Shown: one piece after another, positions 26,207 to 37,897 of the stretch
Numbering within the stretch: the stretch's first letter is position 1
Layout of the letters: each line of letters begins with the position of its first letter
Assembly: GCF_964213995.1 (NCBI RefSeq)
Contig: NC_135816.1
Location: 51,522,001-51,586,000, forward strand
From: Mustelus asterias
Lineage: Eukaryota
DNA length: 64,000 bases
Reading direction: 5' to 3'
Translations under genes and position numbers: made by a program
The notes under the pieces: generated by a model
What the model saw: only the letters and a program-made list of their open reading frames with translations
What the model was told of the DNA's origin: nothing
Databases searched by the model: none

Positions 26207-26950
26207 TGTGATGATACTGTGCCTTTAAGAATTATATGTATATCATGTCTCTTGTAAGGAGTATGTTTAGAATTCAGATCTGTTTTGCAGGATGCTGATT
26301 TGTCTAAGGAATCTTTTAAAATTAGTAGCTGGGAGAACAGGATAAATAAATGATGTGTTTATCTAAGCAGGGCTAATGCCTTTGTGTTTACTCAGGTTTC
26401 CTCTGGGGTTTCAAAGTAGAAGTTTGGTTAAGTTGATTAACAGGGACAGAGTCATGTACTTAATGGGAGGAGTAAAGCTTGCAGAGAAAAACAGTTTCTC
26501 TTTCATTTTTAAAACAGCATTTACTGCCTGGTTCTGAAAGAAGCAGGACGTGTCTCTCTCACTCTTGAGAGGTTGTCTGAAAGCTCCAAAACTGGTAACC
26601 TAAGTCACAGTCACATCGCTGTGTTTTACTAACTAATTTTAAAGAGGGGATTTACGTCTAAAAGAGGAATATTGATTGACTTAGAACTCATAGCGATAGG
26701 TTAGCAGTTAAGAGTTGCATCTTGTCATGTTTAAATGTTGTCTAATAGCGAATGGTTAAGCCAATTCATTTGTTATAGTTAAACTGTGTTGTTAAATAAA
26801 GTTAGTTTTGATAAAAGCTTCCACGTGTATCATCAGAATCGTGCCTGAATTGAAACATCTAATCCTCACACTAATGCCGAAATAGAAAATTGTTGGGGTC
26901 TAGTCTGGCTTCATAATATGCCTTGGGATTTCTGATTTAGTACCCTAACA
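26207..26950 (+). mobile_element. Probable solo LTR (about 744 bp) inserted in the Gypsy protease region
   Basis: Starts TGTGATG, ends CCCTAACA, AATAAA near 26795. Pol-like sequence resumes after it (LQGPGG). No clean TSD seen. Confidence 0.6.
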
Positions 26951-27099
26951 ACTATTACAAGGTCCAGGAGGGACTACACTGATAGTAAAAAGTCAATAGT
27001 TGGCCAGAGTAAGATGCAATGGTGAAGAAGCCATTAAACCTTTGTATGTCACGTAGAACCAGAATCATCACTATTAAGCAGGAAAGTATGCTTACAATT

Positions 27100-27196
27100 C
27101 TGTAGAAGAATCATATAGACTCAGAATGTTAATTCTGTTTCTCTCTCCACAGATGCTGCCGGATCTGCTATGTTTATCCAGCATTTTCTGTTTTGA
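27100..27196 (-). mobile_element. Short retroposed fragment with 13-bp TSD
   Basis: TATGCTTACAATT on both sides (27087-27099, 27197-27209). The body matches the repeat at about 52636-52800 in the opposite orientation. Confidence 0.8.
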
Positions 27197-29861
27197 TATG
27201 CTTACAATTGGGAATGATTCACAAGCTTAATGAAATTCCTGATGAGCAATCCAATAATGTATTCAGGAATGAATTCCCAACATTATGTTCAGACTTCGGA
27301 AAGCTGAAGAGAGAATATCATGTAACCTTAAGAGCTGATTCTAAGCCAATTTGCCTTGTTATGCAAAGTCAAGAGCAAGAGTGAACACGTTACAACAGGT
27401 GTTATCTCTCCAATAACCAGATCGATGATATGTTGTTGTGGAATGGACATAATACCAAAGCCTATGATTCAATTAGAATCAGTGTGGACTTGTCTCAATT
27501 AAACAAATCAATAAAGTGTAAGATTCACCTGATGGCATAATTTGATGACAGTTTCAGGAAATTAGGAAAATGTATCCTCTTCACCAAATTAGGTGCAAAG
27601 AGGGCTTTTGGCAGTTGCCTCTGGACAAATAATCCAAACTCTTAACCACTTTTATAATGCCATTCGGTTGTTACTGTTAACAGGTTACCATTTGGAATTG
27701 CTTCTGCACCAGAGATATGCCAAAGAATGATGCCTCAGACCCTTGAAAACATGGAAGGAGTAATACGCAATAGGGATGACATTGTTGTACATGGTTCATC
27801 AAGAGAAGAACATGACCATCAAGTAGAGTGGTCCTCAAAGTTCTACAGGAAGCAAGTTTGACATTGAACGAGCATTTGCAAGCCTATGATAACATTCGTA
27901 AGACACATTATGCAAGCTTCAGGAATGACAGCTGACTCACAGAAAACCAAGGTGATTAGAGAGTTCCCACAGCCTAGGAATTCACAGAGTTGCAAAGATC
28001 CCTGGGCTGGTCAATGAAGTAGGCAAGTTCCTACCTAAAATGGCAGAAATCAATGAGCCATTAAATCAGCTGTTGAGACAACAGTGGTGCTGGAATGTGG
28101 AGCTGCAAAAGATCAAAAAGTTTCTAATTTCATCTGAAATTCTAGTGTACCGTGATCCAGAATGATCACCAATTGTAGTATCGGACTCATAGTCTATGGG
28201 TTTGGCTGCAGTTTTGCTACAAGGTCAACAGATGGAAAAGGCCAGTTTATTAAACCTTAACATCACTCACAGACATAGGGTAAAGGCATACCATCACTGA
28301 CAAAGAAGCATTGGGAGCCACATGGGCATGAAAGAAGTGTTCTGATTGTGCTATAGGATTAAGATTTGAAATTGAAATCAACCACTAATTTTGGTTACTC
28401 TTCTTAATCTAAAGGAGATTGTCGCCTCTAAATCAATGCTTCAGACTCAGGCTAATGAGATATAATTCTGTGCCTGAGTAGATTCAAGGGAAGTATCAGA
28501 CACAGCTGATGCACTATTAAGAAAAGCAGTGGAAGGTATCACGCCGAAAGATTTGAATTTCATTGAGGAAGTGGAAGCATGTGCTTTTCATTAACACACT
28601 AATCCATGAGAATAGACTTCAAGGTATTATGAAAGCACAACAGGGTGATGAATGCATCTAAACAAAAGATTACTGCCAGAAAAGATAACCAGAATATATT
28701 CCTAATAGCACAATACTACACAAATACTTCGAAAAGAGAAAACATCTTCACCGATTTCTTAGTGTTTAAACAAAAGACCAGTCACTCCTAAGACACTTTG
28801 ATTCAAAATTCTCCAAAAATAAACTCAAGGTCATTTGAGAATAGCAAAATGCCGAGCAAGAACCCAGTGGTCAGCCTGGTGGTCAGACATTAGTTGTTCT
28901 ATACAAGTGCTCATCTTAAACTGCCGTAAGTGTGCAGTGAATACGCAGCAACACAGAGGGACCCACTGGCACGCCCCACCTTACCTTTGAGGCCATGGGA
29001 GTGGATCTATTTGAGTTCAAAGGCAAAATATTCATCACTGTCAATGCACAGATGGATTGAAGTGAAAAGACTGCACAGCATCACGGTGGAGGAGGGCATT
29101 CAACTCTGAAGAGAATATTTGTGACACATGTAGCCTGGTCATTGTAGTGTTAGACAATGGTTACCAGTTTGCTAACGAATGATTCAATAAAATTGTGTAG
29201 GAATATGTTTTCATGCATGTGATTATTTCGCCCAGATATCCTCAATTGAATGGAGAAGCAGAAAGCAGAAGCAGTGCATTAAAATGAATACATAGTCTGA
29301 GTTCCACCGTAGAACCATAGACAAGATAAATATTTAGTTAGTGGATAAATCATTTACATAATAATTAAGTCAATAACTATGATTTGTCCAGAGATAAATA
29401 CTTAACTTTTATTGTATTTATCATTTGAGAGCATTCTTCACCATTAAAGCCAATAGGAGTTAAATGAAAAACAAATAATAAATATAATGCTATAAAAATC
29501 TAGTAACGGCACAGCACACTTAAAAAGTGAAGAAGGTTTAATCACATTGCCCTGCAAAATAATCCAACTTGATATCCTGATATTATCAAAGGAATTATTA
29601 GTAGCTACATCCCATCCAAGCAACACTGTTACCACTTCAAGTCTAATAGAACAAACAAATTATTGAAATTCACAGGCTGCAAGGATCACGGATACGTTAA
29701 TGTAGAAGTGTGAGCTTTAGAAACAGGCAAACAATCAGAATATGGGAACTGGATCCACTATTGCTGCATTTTGTGGAAATGGAGGGTGAAATACTTGGAA
29801 AGAGTGTCAGTCCCTCAACTTTAGACAGATAAGTTTGTTTAGTTTTCCAAAAATAACTTAC

Positions 29862-29996
29862 CAGATTCATTTTTCTCAATTACTTCCACGACTTGTCCTT
29901 GATACAGACTGATCTCGGTGCTTTCCTGTTTATCATAATTAGTCACTGCCACATACTGATCCAGGAAAAACTGGTCAGCAGATGCCCCATCTCCAC
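29862..29996 (-). CDS. SH3PXD2B: SH3PXD2B exon (135 nt): first half of SH3-1
   Basis: tttgatttcag|GTGGA...ATCTG|gtaagt; phase 1-1; (G)[44 protein letters not shown](G). Confidence 0.96.
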
Positions 29997-30697
29997 CTGA
30001 AATCAAAGAATCAACCTTCAGGGAATATCATCAATTATAATTTGGAGCAGGCCACAACAAACTGGCTGCATTACTCTCTGCAAGCAACCATAATATTCAG
30101 ATCACCAACTCCTAGCAATGCATTGCCGAGTCCATTAGGTCAGTGCTACAGAGTGTCTTGTGAAGGTAAGGTGAACAGAAGAATCAGGATCTGGAACAGA
30201 GCTATTTGACTTTGGTTAAACATTACACTTTGACACTTTGAAATAAGGTACCGTACTGTAAAAACATTGTTTTAGCAGTCAAATACAGTAAGGCACTTGC
30301 GCGTTGCACTATATTTCAAAGGAGTACACTCAAAATCTGCACATATAAGAAGAATTACAATAATTCTTAAACAGGATGTTAACCATGATGTAGTTACAAA
30401 CTGATTGTTTCATACAGGACAATCCCAGTAGTCTCGTCTTCAGCCATAGAATCCTACTTCCTGTTGCCCTAGAAACAATCTCAGGTGGAAGTCAACATGA
30501 CTTCAAAATTTGTTCATGTTGGCCTGGCTGCAGGAAAATTATCCCAGCACCTGGAACAGGTAGATCCAAACCATAGCGGCTCCTTTAAATGACAGCTCAC
30601 AGATGTAGAGGCTTGGAATTCTGGGGAGCAGCATTGCTGGGAGAAGCCTTAGATAGGTGCTTAAAGAGGAAGGGAAATGGATCAGGAAGGTGATCAG

Positions 30698-31790
30698 TGT
30701 TATGATCCCAGTTGATGTAAAAGCTGGACAGAAAGATCCCAGAATGGAACCCTGGCTCAAAAGACCATGGCTGGAATTTTACTGCCTCGCCCGCCCTGGA
30801 ATTGCGGCGGGCGAGGCTCGCAGAACGGAATTCTCCATTGGCCTCAGGCGGGGTTTTACGAGCCTCGTCCGAGCGAGGTCGTAAAATCCCGGCCCGTGAC
30901 TTTTACTTTTCTTAGAAAATGTGGAGGAACAGAGTCACAGGACCGCTAATTAGCTTTAACAACAAGAAAATAAATCATTAGACATGAAAAGTTTGATCAT
31001 GATACAATACCCCTTACAACCCCTTCAACTTTACAAATGTGTAGAGTTTTCAAAGATAACACACCGCTCTGAAACCAAATGGCCGATGCCATTCATAGAT
31101 CTTCCATGATTTCTCTCACAATCCCCCAAGATGATTGTCACACAAGGGTTTCCAAACTCCACTCCCAAAAAGACACTCTTTAAAAGCTTCTTTCAAACAA
31201 TGCTTTCCATCAGCTGTTTGCCTTAAGAATCCACTCCAGGTGTTCCAACCATCCTTTCAAACAAAGCTTCTGCTCCACTTTTTAACAAGGAAACCAGCAC
31301 CAGCTTTTCCACCTCCTTTCAGGTTTCCTTTGTCTTAGATGCATTTAGACAAACTCAGGTCTCCGACAGAATACTATTGTTTCAAACACTGGGAACATGG
31401 CCACCAAATCTTATGATTGCTTCAGATATGTGGATTGTCCATAGCCAGCCTCATCAGCTCTGCTCTTCCCAGGTCTGACTAACTTCCATTAACAATACCT
31501 GTTCCTAAAGGCAGTTCCTCTTTGTTCCTTTAACTTCAGACTCCTTGGAAACTTCTTTTCATTTCTCTAGTTTCCTTGACCAACTGTTCTTTAAGTTTCC
31601 TGCGCTTCTTTACTTAATCATGACTCAATTGTATAGTTTTTCTTCTATTATGAATAAGTAATAATTCAAGCACCTTTCATAAACATAAAATGGGACCCGT
31701 ACATATATGAGTTGAGATGCCACAAATTAAGATGCGCACACACAAAATATTTGACCCCCTTTATACAAAATGGTACATCCCAATACATAT
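30698..31790 (-). mobile_element. LTR-like element (same terminus as 2820-3210), interrupted by a mini-MITE
   Basis: tgttatgatcccagttgatg...gatcccagaatggaacc is the reverse complement of 3158-3209. The far boundary is uncertain. Confidence 0.45.
30769..30894. mobile_element. 126-bp hairpin-rich mini-MITE
   Basis: TIRs GGCTGGAATTTTAC / GTAAAATCCCGGCC; internal palindromes cctcgcccgcc...gcgggcgagg and cctcg..cgagcgagg; 3-bp flanks CAT/CGT. Confidence 0.8.
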
Positions 31791-31965
31791 AAAAACCGAG
31801 GCTTTTTTAAAGCCTCAACAAAGGTTGTTGACCAATCAAGGAACAGCTTTTCCAGTCCACTGGACCAGGAACCTTTAACGTTTTAAACTGAAAGGTGCTA
31901 AAGCCAGATGCTTTGCATACAAGTGCAAGGAATATGGAAAATTACATGGGTTTTATTAATCAGAT

Positions 31966-32192
31966 CTGTGCCTGTGTGGGTTTCCTCTGGGTGCTCCAGT
32001 TTCATCCCACACTCCAAAGATGTGCGGGTTAGGTTGATTGGCTATGCTAAATTGCCCCTTAGTGTCAGGGGGATTAGCAGGAAAAATACGTGGTGTTACG
32101 AGGAAAGGGCCTGGGTGGGATTGTTGTCGATGCAGAATCGATGGGCTGAGTGGTCTCCTTCTGCACTGTAGGGATTCTATGATTCTCTGATT
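31966..32192 (+). mobile_element. HE1-type V-SINE, 5'-truncated
   Basis: V core and tagggattctatgattct tail. Confidence 0.88.
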
Positions 32193-32199
32193 CAGTGGA

Positions 32200-33585
32200 A
32201 CTGGTGTTTTTTCAGAGTCAGAGAATTTTGTTTGAGGCCTTAGGCCCAAACCTTTGAAAAGCTATTCACTCATAATCGAATTCTTCTACACTTTCCCCAT
32301 ACCCTTTTATTATTTCATGTGTCAAAAATCTATTTGATCCTTTATAAAAGCGATTACAGATTCTGCTTCCACTATTGTTTTGGGCAGGGCATTCTAGATC
32401 TTGGCAACCCTTTACATAAAAGTTCTCCCAACTTCTCCCTTTCTTCTTTGGTGATAAACTTAAATATATGCCTTCTTGTCCCCAATGCAACTAGCTTGTC
32501 CTGAAATCTCTCATAATTTTCAGTACACCGTATCAGATCTTCTCTTATCTTCCTCTGTTCAAGTGAAAAGAGCTTCAGTGTCCCTTGGCTCTCATCACTG
32601 ATATCATCTTAGTGAATCGTTTTGTGTTTTGTTCATTTTCTTGACATGCTTCTGAAATAGGACACCTAAAACTGGTCGTAAATTAGGATTTCAGCCTAAT
32701 TTATTGTTTAGTATTATTTTTGCATTTGCTCCAAACTATAAAACCTAGGATGCCATATAACCTTTTTCAAAAGAGTTTTATATTGGGATACAGTGAGAAG
32801 TATTGTTTCTTGTGAGCTGCTACAGATAAAACATACCATTCATAGAGCACCATGGGGAGAAGGAAAGGAGAGGATGCAGAATATAATGTTGCAGTTGCCG
32901 ATAGGGTGAAGAGAAAGATCAGTTTAATATGCTCCATTTTTAAAGACTAGCACTGGAACCTCCAAACTTCTCTGTTTTCCTATTTTTAAAGTTGTGCAAT
33001 TTAAAGTAGTCTTTCCCCAAACATGCATCACCTCACATTTTCCCAAATCAAATTTAATCCATATATCCAATCTCCTACCTGGCTTCTGACTTCATGAAAT
33101 TCCTTGCAGGTCTCTTCATAGTTATTCATGTTCCTTATTTCTGTATCATGGAATCATAGAATGATCCAGCACAAAAAAGGCTGTTTGGCCCAACACACAT
33201 GCTGGCTCTTTGTAACAGCTATCCAATTAGTCCCGATTTCCCCATCGCCCATCAAAATTTCCCCTTCTACTTGAGTGGAGCATAAATGCCAGCGTAAGCC
33301 GATTGTCCAAATAGCCTGTTTCTAAACTGTATAAATATTTGCCCAATTACTTTTAGATAGTTACCGTTACATTTGCTTCCATCAACCTTTCTGGCACTAC
33401 AGTTAAGGTCTAACAACGCGTGACACTAAAAAGGACTTTTTTCACGTTACCTCTAGTTCTTTGGCCAATTTTCTAAAAAGTTTAATATTGTAGCCTATTT
33501 TCAGATCACTTATAGGTATTCAGACAAGCAGTGGTCCTAACACAAACTCCTGGGTGATATTGCTGTACACATCCCTTTGATCCCA
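32200..33585 (-). mobile_element. Patchwork of old CR1 fragments with a Rex1/L2-like tail piece (about 32770-32935)
   Basis: Degenerate CR1 3' ends (IKGYGE) and TQEFVLGPLL; one piece is homologous to 34040-34350. Confidence 0.6.
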
Positions 33586-33589
33586 AAGT

Positions 33590-33934
33590 GGGCGGCACGG
33601 TAGCACAGTGGTTAGCACTGCTGCTTCACAGCTCCAGGGTCCCGGGTTCGATTCCCGGCTCGGGTCACTGTCTGTGTGGAGTTTGCACATTCTCCTCGTG
33701 TCTGCGTGGGTTTCCTCCGGGTGCTCCGGTTTCCTCCCACAGTCCAAAGATGTGCGGGTTAGGTTGATTGGCCAGGTTAAAAAAAATTGCCCCTTAGAGT
33801 CCTGGGATGCGTAGGTTAGAGGGATTAGCGGGTAAAATATGTGGGGGTAGGGCCTGGGTGGGATTGTGGTCGGTGCAGACTCGATGGGCCGAATGGCCTC
33901 CTTCTGCACTGTAGGGTTTCTATGATTCTATGAT
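33590..33934 (+). mobile_element. Young full-length HE1-type V-SINE
   Basis: gggcggcacggtagcacagtggttagcac...gggttcgattcccgg; CpG-rich (young); tail gtttctatgattctatga. Confidence 0.95.
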
Positions 33935-34035
33935 TAAAACTGAAATTGTACTACTTTCTGTTTTCTGTCTTTGAATAAACTTAAATTCAGGGTGCCATGT
34001 CCCTCTTGATACATCACAGAAGCCTATGTGCTTTT

Positions 34036-34350
34036 TGATTTGATTTATTATTGTCACATGTATTAAACATGCGGCGAAAAGAATTGTTTCTTGCACACTA
34101 TACAGACCGTACATAGGGAAGGAAAGGTGAGAGTGCAGAATGTAGTGTTTCAGTTATAGCTAGGGTGTAGAGAAAGATCAGTTTAATTCGAGGTAGGTCC
34201 ATTCAAAAGTCTGATGACAGCAGGGAAGAAGTTGTTTTTCAGTCGGTTGGTACGTGATCTCAGACTTCTGTATCTTTTTTCCGATGGAAGAAGGTGGAAG
34301 AGAGTATGTCCGGGGTCCTTAATTATGCTGGCTGCTTTTCTGAGGCAGTT
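34036..34350 (-). mobile_element. Rex1/Babar- or L2-like LINE 3' end
   Basis: HTLFHLLPSEKRYRSLRSRTNRLKNNFFPAVIRLLN (ORF 34183..34398) followed by AATAAA and a (caaat)n tail. Confidence 0.75.
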
Positions 34351-34846
34351 CAAATGCCTTTTGAAAATCCACATTAATAGCATGCACTGTAATTTCATCG
34401 GTAATACATTCTACAAACAATGTTATTAGGTTTGTAGGACACAACTTGCATTTTATAAATCGGTGCTGGTGAGCCAGTTATGCCAGATATTCTTTCTAGC
34501 TGATTGATAATGTTTAAGCTTTCTTAGGCCATAATAAGGTTAAATTGACAATGTTAGACTGACTACTGTGCAGTTATCTGGTTTATCCCCTTCTCCCTTT
34601 TTGAAGGGCAGTGTTACATTTGCAACCATAACCATCCAATCCTCTGATACACATTCTATATACAAGAAAGTTTCAAAAGCTGTGGTTAAAGCCTCAGCAT
34701 TTGAGGACCCATGCCATCAGGTCCCTTCACTTAGTTCCACTTCGTTTTCCTGTGTTACTTCCTTATCTAGGTATCCTTTTTAATTGTCCCAACTCTTCTT
34801 GTATCATTTCAATTCCACTAGAAGCCTCTTGTGAAATGCAAATACA

Positions 34847-35475
34847 GGCATGGATTTTCACCCGTGAGGCTGGGGTCAGGAAATTTCCTAGCTCAGCCTG
34901 CCCACTTTGAGTGCATGCAAAGGTGGTATCTTCAACGCCAGTGCTCAGATGCAGGCTGGAGTTGGCCAGCTGACTCAGGAAAAAGCTTGGAGGCAGCTAC
35001 AGGGTTTGCCGGATACTGAGGTGGGTTGTTTATAGGTCCTCCTCGCTGCTGTGGGACTTCATCCCAGTTAAAATAAAAATGCCAAGGCCCTCACCCCTCA
35101 CACTCCCCATACCCCATCCATGCCACCTCATGCTTCCCACCCACCCACTCTATGTCCTCTCATGCCGCTATGCCATGGGGATGGGTGACATAGCTTAGCA
35201 TAGGGAGTATGAGGGACCATTGGAGTTTGGTTGAACAGCATAGCTTGGCATATTGGCATGGGGGCAAGAGAGGACCTTTTGAACTTGCATTTTAAAAAGG
35301 TCCCCTCATACAGGTGAGGATCCACAATGCTTTTGACAGGAAACAGCCTGCACCCTTTAAAGGTACTCCTGAAAATCAGCCCAGGAATGGGGTCAGGAAA
35401 CCTAGAATCGGGATCCTCACCCCCACCATTTTTGAAGGGTTCCTCAGATATCCTGACTTAGTGAAAATCCAGGCC
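34847..35475. mobile_element. MITE inserted in an old CR1 fragment (about 34350-35990)
   Basis: TIRs GGCATGGATTTTCAC / GTGAAAATCCAGGCC. Confidence 0.75.
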
Positions 35476-36000
35476 AAACTATTTTATTTAGCATCTCCAC
35501 TATTTCTGAATCCTGTAAAGTGACTTCCTTTTAATCTCCAATTATTCTTATAACTACTATTCTATTTTGTATGTGATTACAGAATCCTTTATAATTTCCT
35601 GTTATGATACTTGTCAGTCTTTTTTCGGGTTCTCTTCCTCTTCCCCTGTTTTGTTTCCCTTCAGTGCTTCTAAATTATCTTTTGTACTGTGAGCCCCAGA
35701 TTTGTCACAGGCTGTTTTTAAAGTTCCATTCTAATTTCTCTACTTTTCCACGGCTCTCCTGATTTGCTGCATCATTTGTTACAGGAATATGTATAGACTA
35801 ATCATTTCCTGTTTGAACATTTCCTGTTGTGAGTACCACTTTTAAAACAAAAATCCGAATAAGTTGCCTTTTTATCTCATTGAAATTGGCCTTTATCCAG
35901 TCAAGTATCAATATCAATGGTTGCTTTCCTTTTCCATTTTTATGCAAAACCTAATTTTGTTATGGTAGCTGTTGTCTACCTTTAAATATCTCTTTTTACT

Positions 36001-36286
36001 TAATAGTGTCACAGGTCAGCTGATGTTAACACCGCAATGAAGTTACTGTGAAAATCCCCTAGTTGCCACACTCGGCACCTATTCGGGTACATGGAGGGAG
36101 AAATTAGCCTGGCCAACGCACCTAACCAGCGCCTCTTTCAGACTGTGGGATGAACGGAGCACCCAGAGGAAACCCACGCAGACACGGGGAGAATGTGCAG
36201 ACTCTGCACAGACAATCACCCAAGCCAGGAATCGAACCCAGGCCCTTGGCGTTGTGAGGCAGCAGTGCTGACCACTGTGCTGCCCC
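36001..36286 (-). mobile_element. HE1-like V-SINE with alternative 3' tail
   Basis: Same head and V core but the tail is gtgtggcaactaggggattttcacagtaacttcattgc..gtgacactatta. Confidence 0.85.
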
Positions 36287-37479
36287 TACTTGCCTATTAA
36301 ATGTACTAGAATTACATTCATTTTGCTTTTTCCTGGTTGGACTAGAAAAAACTAACACAGAAAGCAGTCTGGGGACATTGGAGAAACCCTTCCCTTTCTT
36401 TGCCACACACAGTTAAATCTCAATGGGTCAAACTTGGATGACACGGAATTTTGCTTGTGTCACAGTTATCAACACGTTCCCACTGGCAGAACAGCAAAAG
36501 GCATAGAACAATGCCTTTTATATCGCTGAAATTCCATGGTGGTCAATCTGATTTCGCCAAATTTTCGCTCAGCATGTTAAAAAAAAAGCAAAAGTTCCTC
36601 ACAAAGTAAGTGCAAGCAAGCTGGCCTCTTCCACCAGGGGTCGCGTGACCATGCTGACCAATCAGAGCAGAGTGGTTAGATCTAAGCATGCCAAAATATG
36701 AAATGCTGGACAAGTCATCATCTCACATCGAGATCTCTCTGTGAGGCTGCATGCAAGTAAGGAGAAAGCTGTGGGAAAGCTAAAAGCATGGTTGATCGGA
36801 CAGAAGGTGAAGTTGACAGAGGAAGTGGAAAACCTTGGTGAAAAGCGGACATTGTGAAAGAGTGGGATATTCTGCCATCAAGTTTGTCCAGCAGTCTGAA
36901 CACCAAGGACAACATCTTGGAATAATTCAACACACAGACATTGTCTCCAGCCAAGAAAGAGAATGAGAATGACAACTTATCCTGATATCAAAGATGCCCT
37001 GCTTTTTATGGCAGCCTGAGCAGAGAAGATCCCCGTTACGTATGTTGGGCCCCTTTCAGGAAATGGGTTATGTTACCTGGGGTGTGGGTGAGCTGGTTGG
37101 GAACCGCCCTGAGTGGGCAATCAACATTTGGAGTGTGGAGTAAGTAGACTGAATAAAAATCTGTGTTCCCTGACACCTGGCTATGGATTAGTTCTTGAGG
37201 AGACACCTCAGTACTAAGAGATTTAACAATCCCCATCTTGCATTTGTAGGCATATGAGTTACATAGAGACACATTCATGTTGCAAGTCGGGCTTCGACTC
37301 CTATCGCAAAACTGCGTAAGTTGCTGTTCAACATGTTTCCCCTGGGATTTGACTCATCAAGGGATTACATATTACACTTGGCTCCCTACTACAAATCTTT
37401 CCCAAAAAAGCCTGCCAGCAGTGTGTAATTTTTCAACATTACTCTGGTTGCGGGAACAGCTGACTCATAAAAAGCAGGG

Positions 37480-37897
37480 CTGAGCTGAAAGGAACCCAGC
37501 CACTGCAAGCTTGAGTGGCGTTAAATGGACCTCTTTGCAAAGCCTTGATTAAGTGGGCAGGGTGAGACAAGAGACATCCTCCAAATTCAACTGAAGTATC
37601 ATCCTTCTCAAATGTGTGTATGTTGCATAAATGGAAGATCACATCTGCCTGCTCAAGTATTTGAAAGATGCCACATCTTAATTCAAACGAGTATGGTGGC
37701 CTAGTCAACATTTCTTCCTCAATTTACAACATCTGGAATAGTTACCTGGTTATTCATTTATCTACTGAATGCAAAACCTTGCTGTGCGTAAACTTGTTGC
37801 TGTGTTTACCCTACATCAGAATAGTGACTGCATTTCAAAGTAATCAACTGGCTGCAGAGTCTTTTGGGATGCCTTGGAGTTATGGTGAAGTACTATG
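37480..37897 (+). mobile_element. DeuSINE-like (SacSINE1/AmnSINE1-type) relic
   Basis: ccttgctgtgcgtaaacttgttgctgtgtttaccctacatc..gtgactgcatttcaaagtaatc..ctggctg..ttttgggatg resembles the Deu-domain SINE 3' half (from memory). Confidence 0.55.

Larger units (their letters stand above)
25060..29275 (+). mobile_element. Decayed Ty3/Gypsy LTR retrotransposon internal region (gag-PR-RT-RH-IN)
   Basis: Gag QVSTLLYAVG; zinc knuckle KCHNCGKSGHFKFVC (~25900); protease DTGAGVS (~26128); RT RLPFGIASAPEI and DDIVVHG (~27680-27795); RNase H KEALG; integrase GHL.IAKCRAR, CRKC, DNG.QF, SPRYPQLNGEAE. Gypsy domain order; many stops. Confidence 0.92.

Noticed and set aside
1-30000. Calling the gene SH3PXD2A (Tks5) or NCF1
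   Set aside because: [40 protein letters not shown] and NLRSKLR fit Tks4 better.
33590-33670. tRNA gene (A/B boxes)
   Set aside because: It is the tRNA-derived head of an HE1 SINE, continuing into the V core; the same holds for the other copies.
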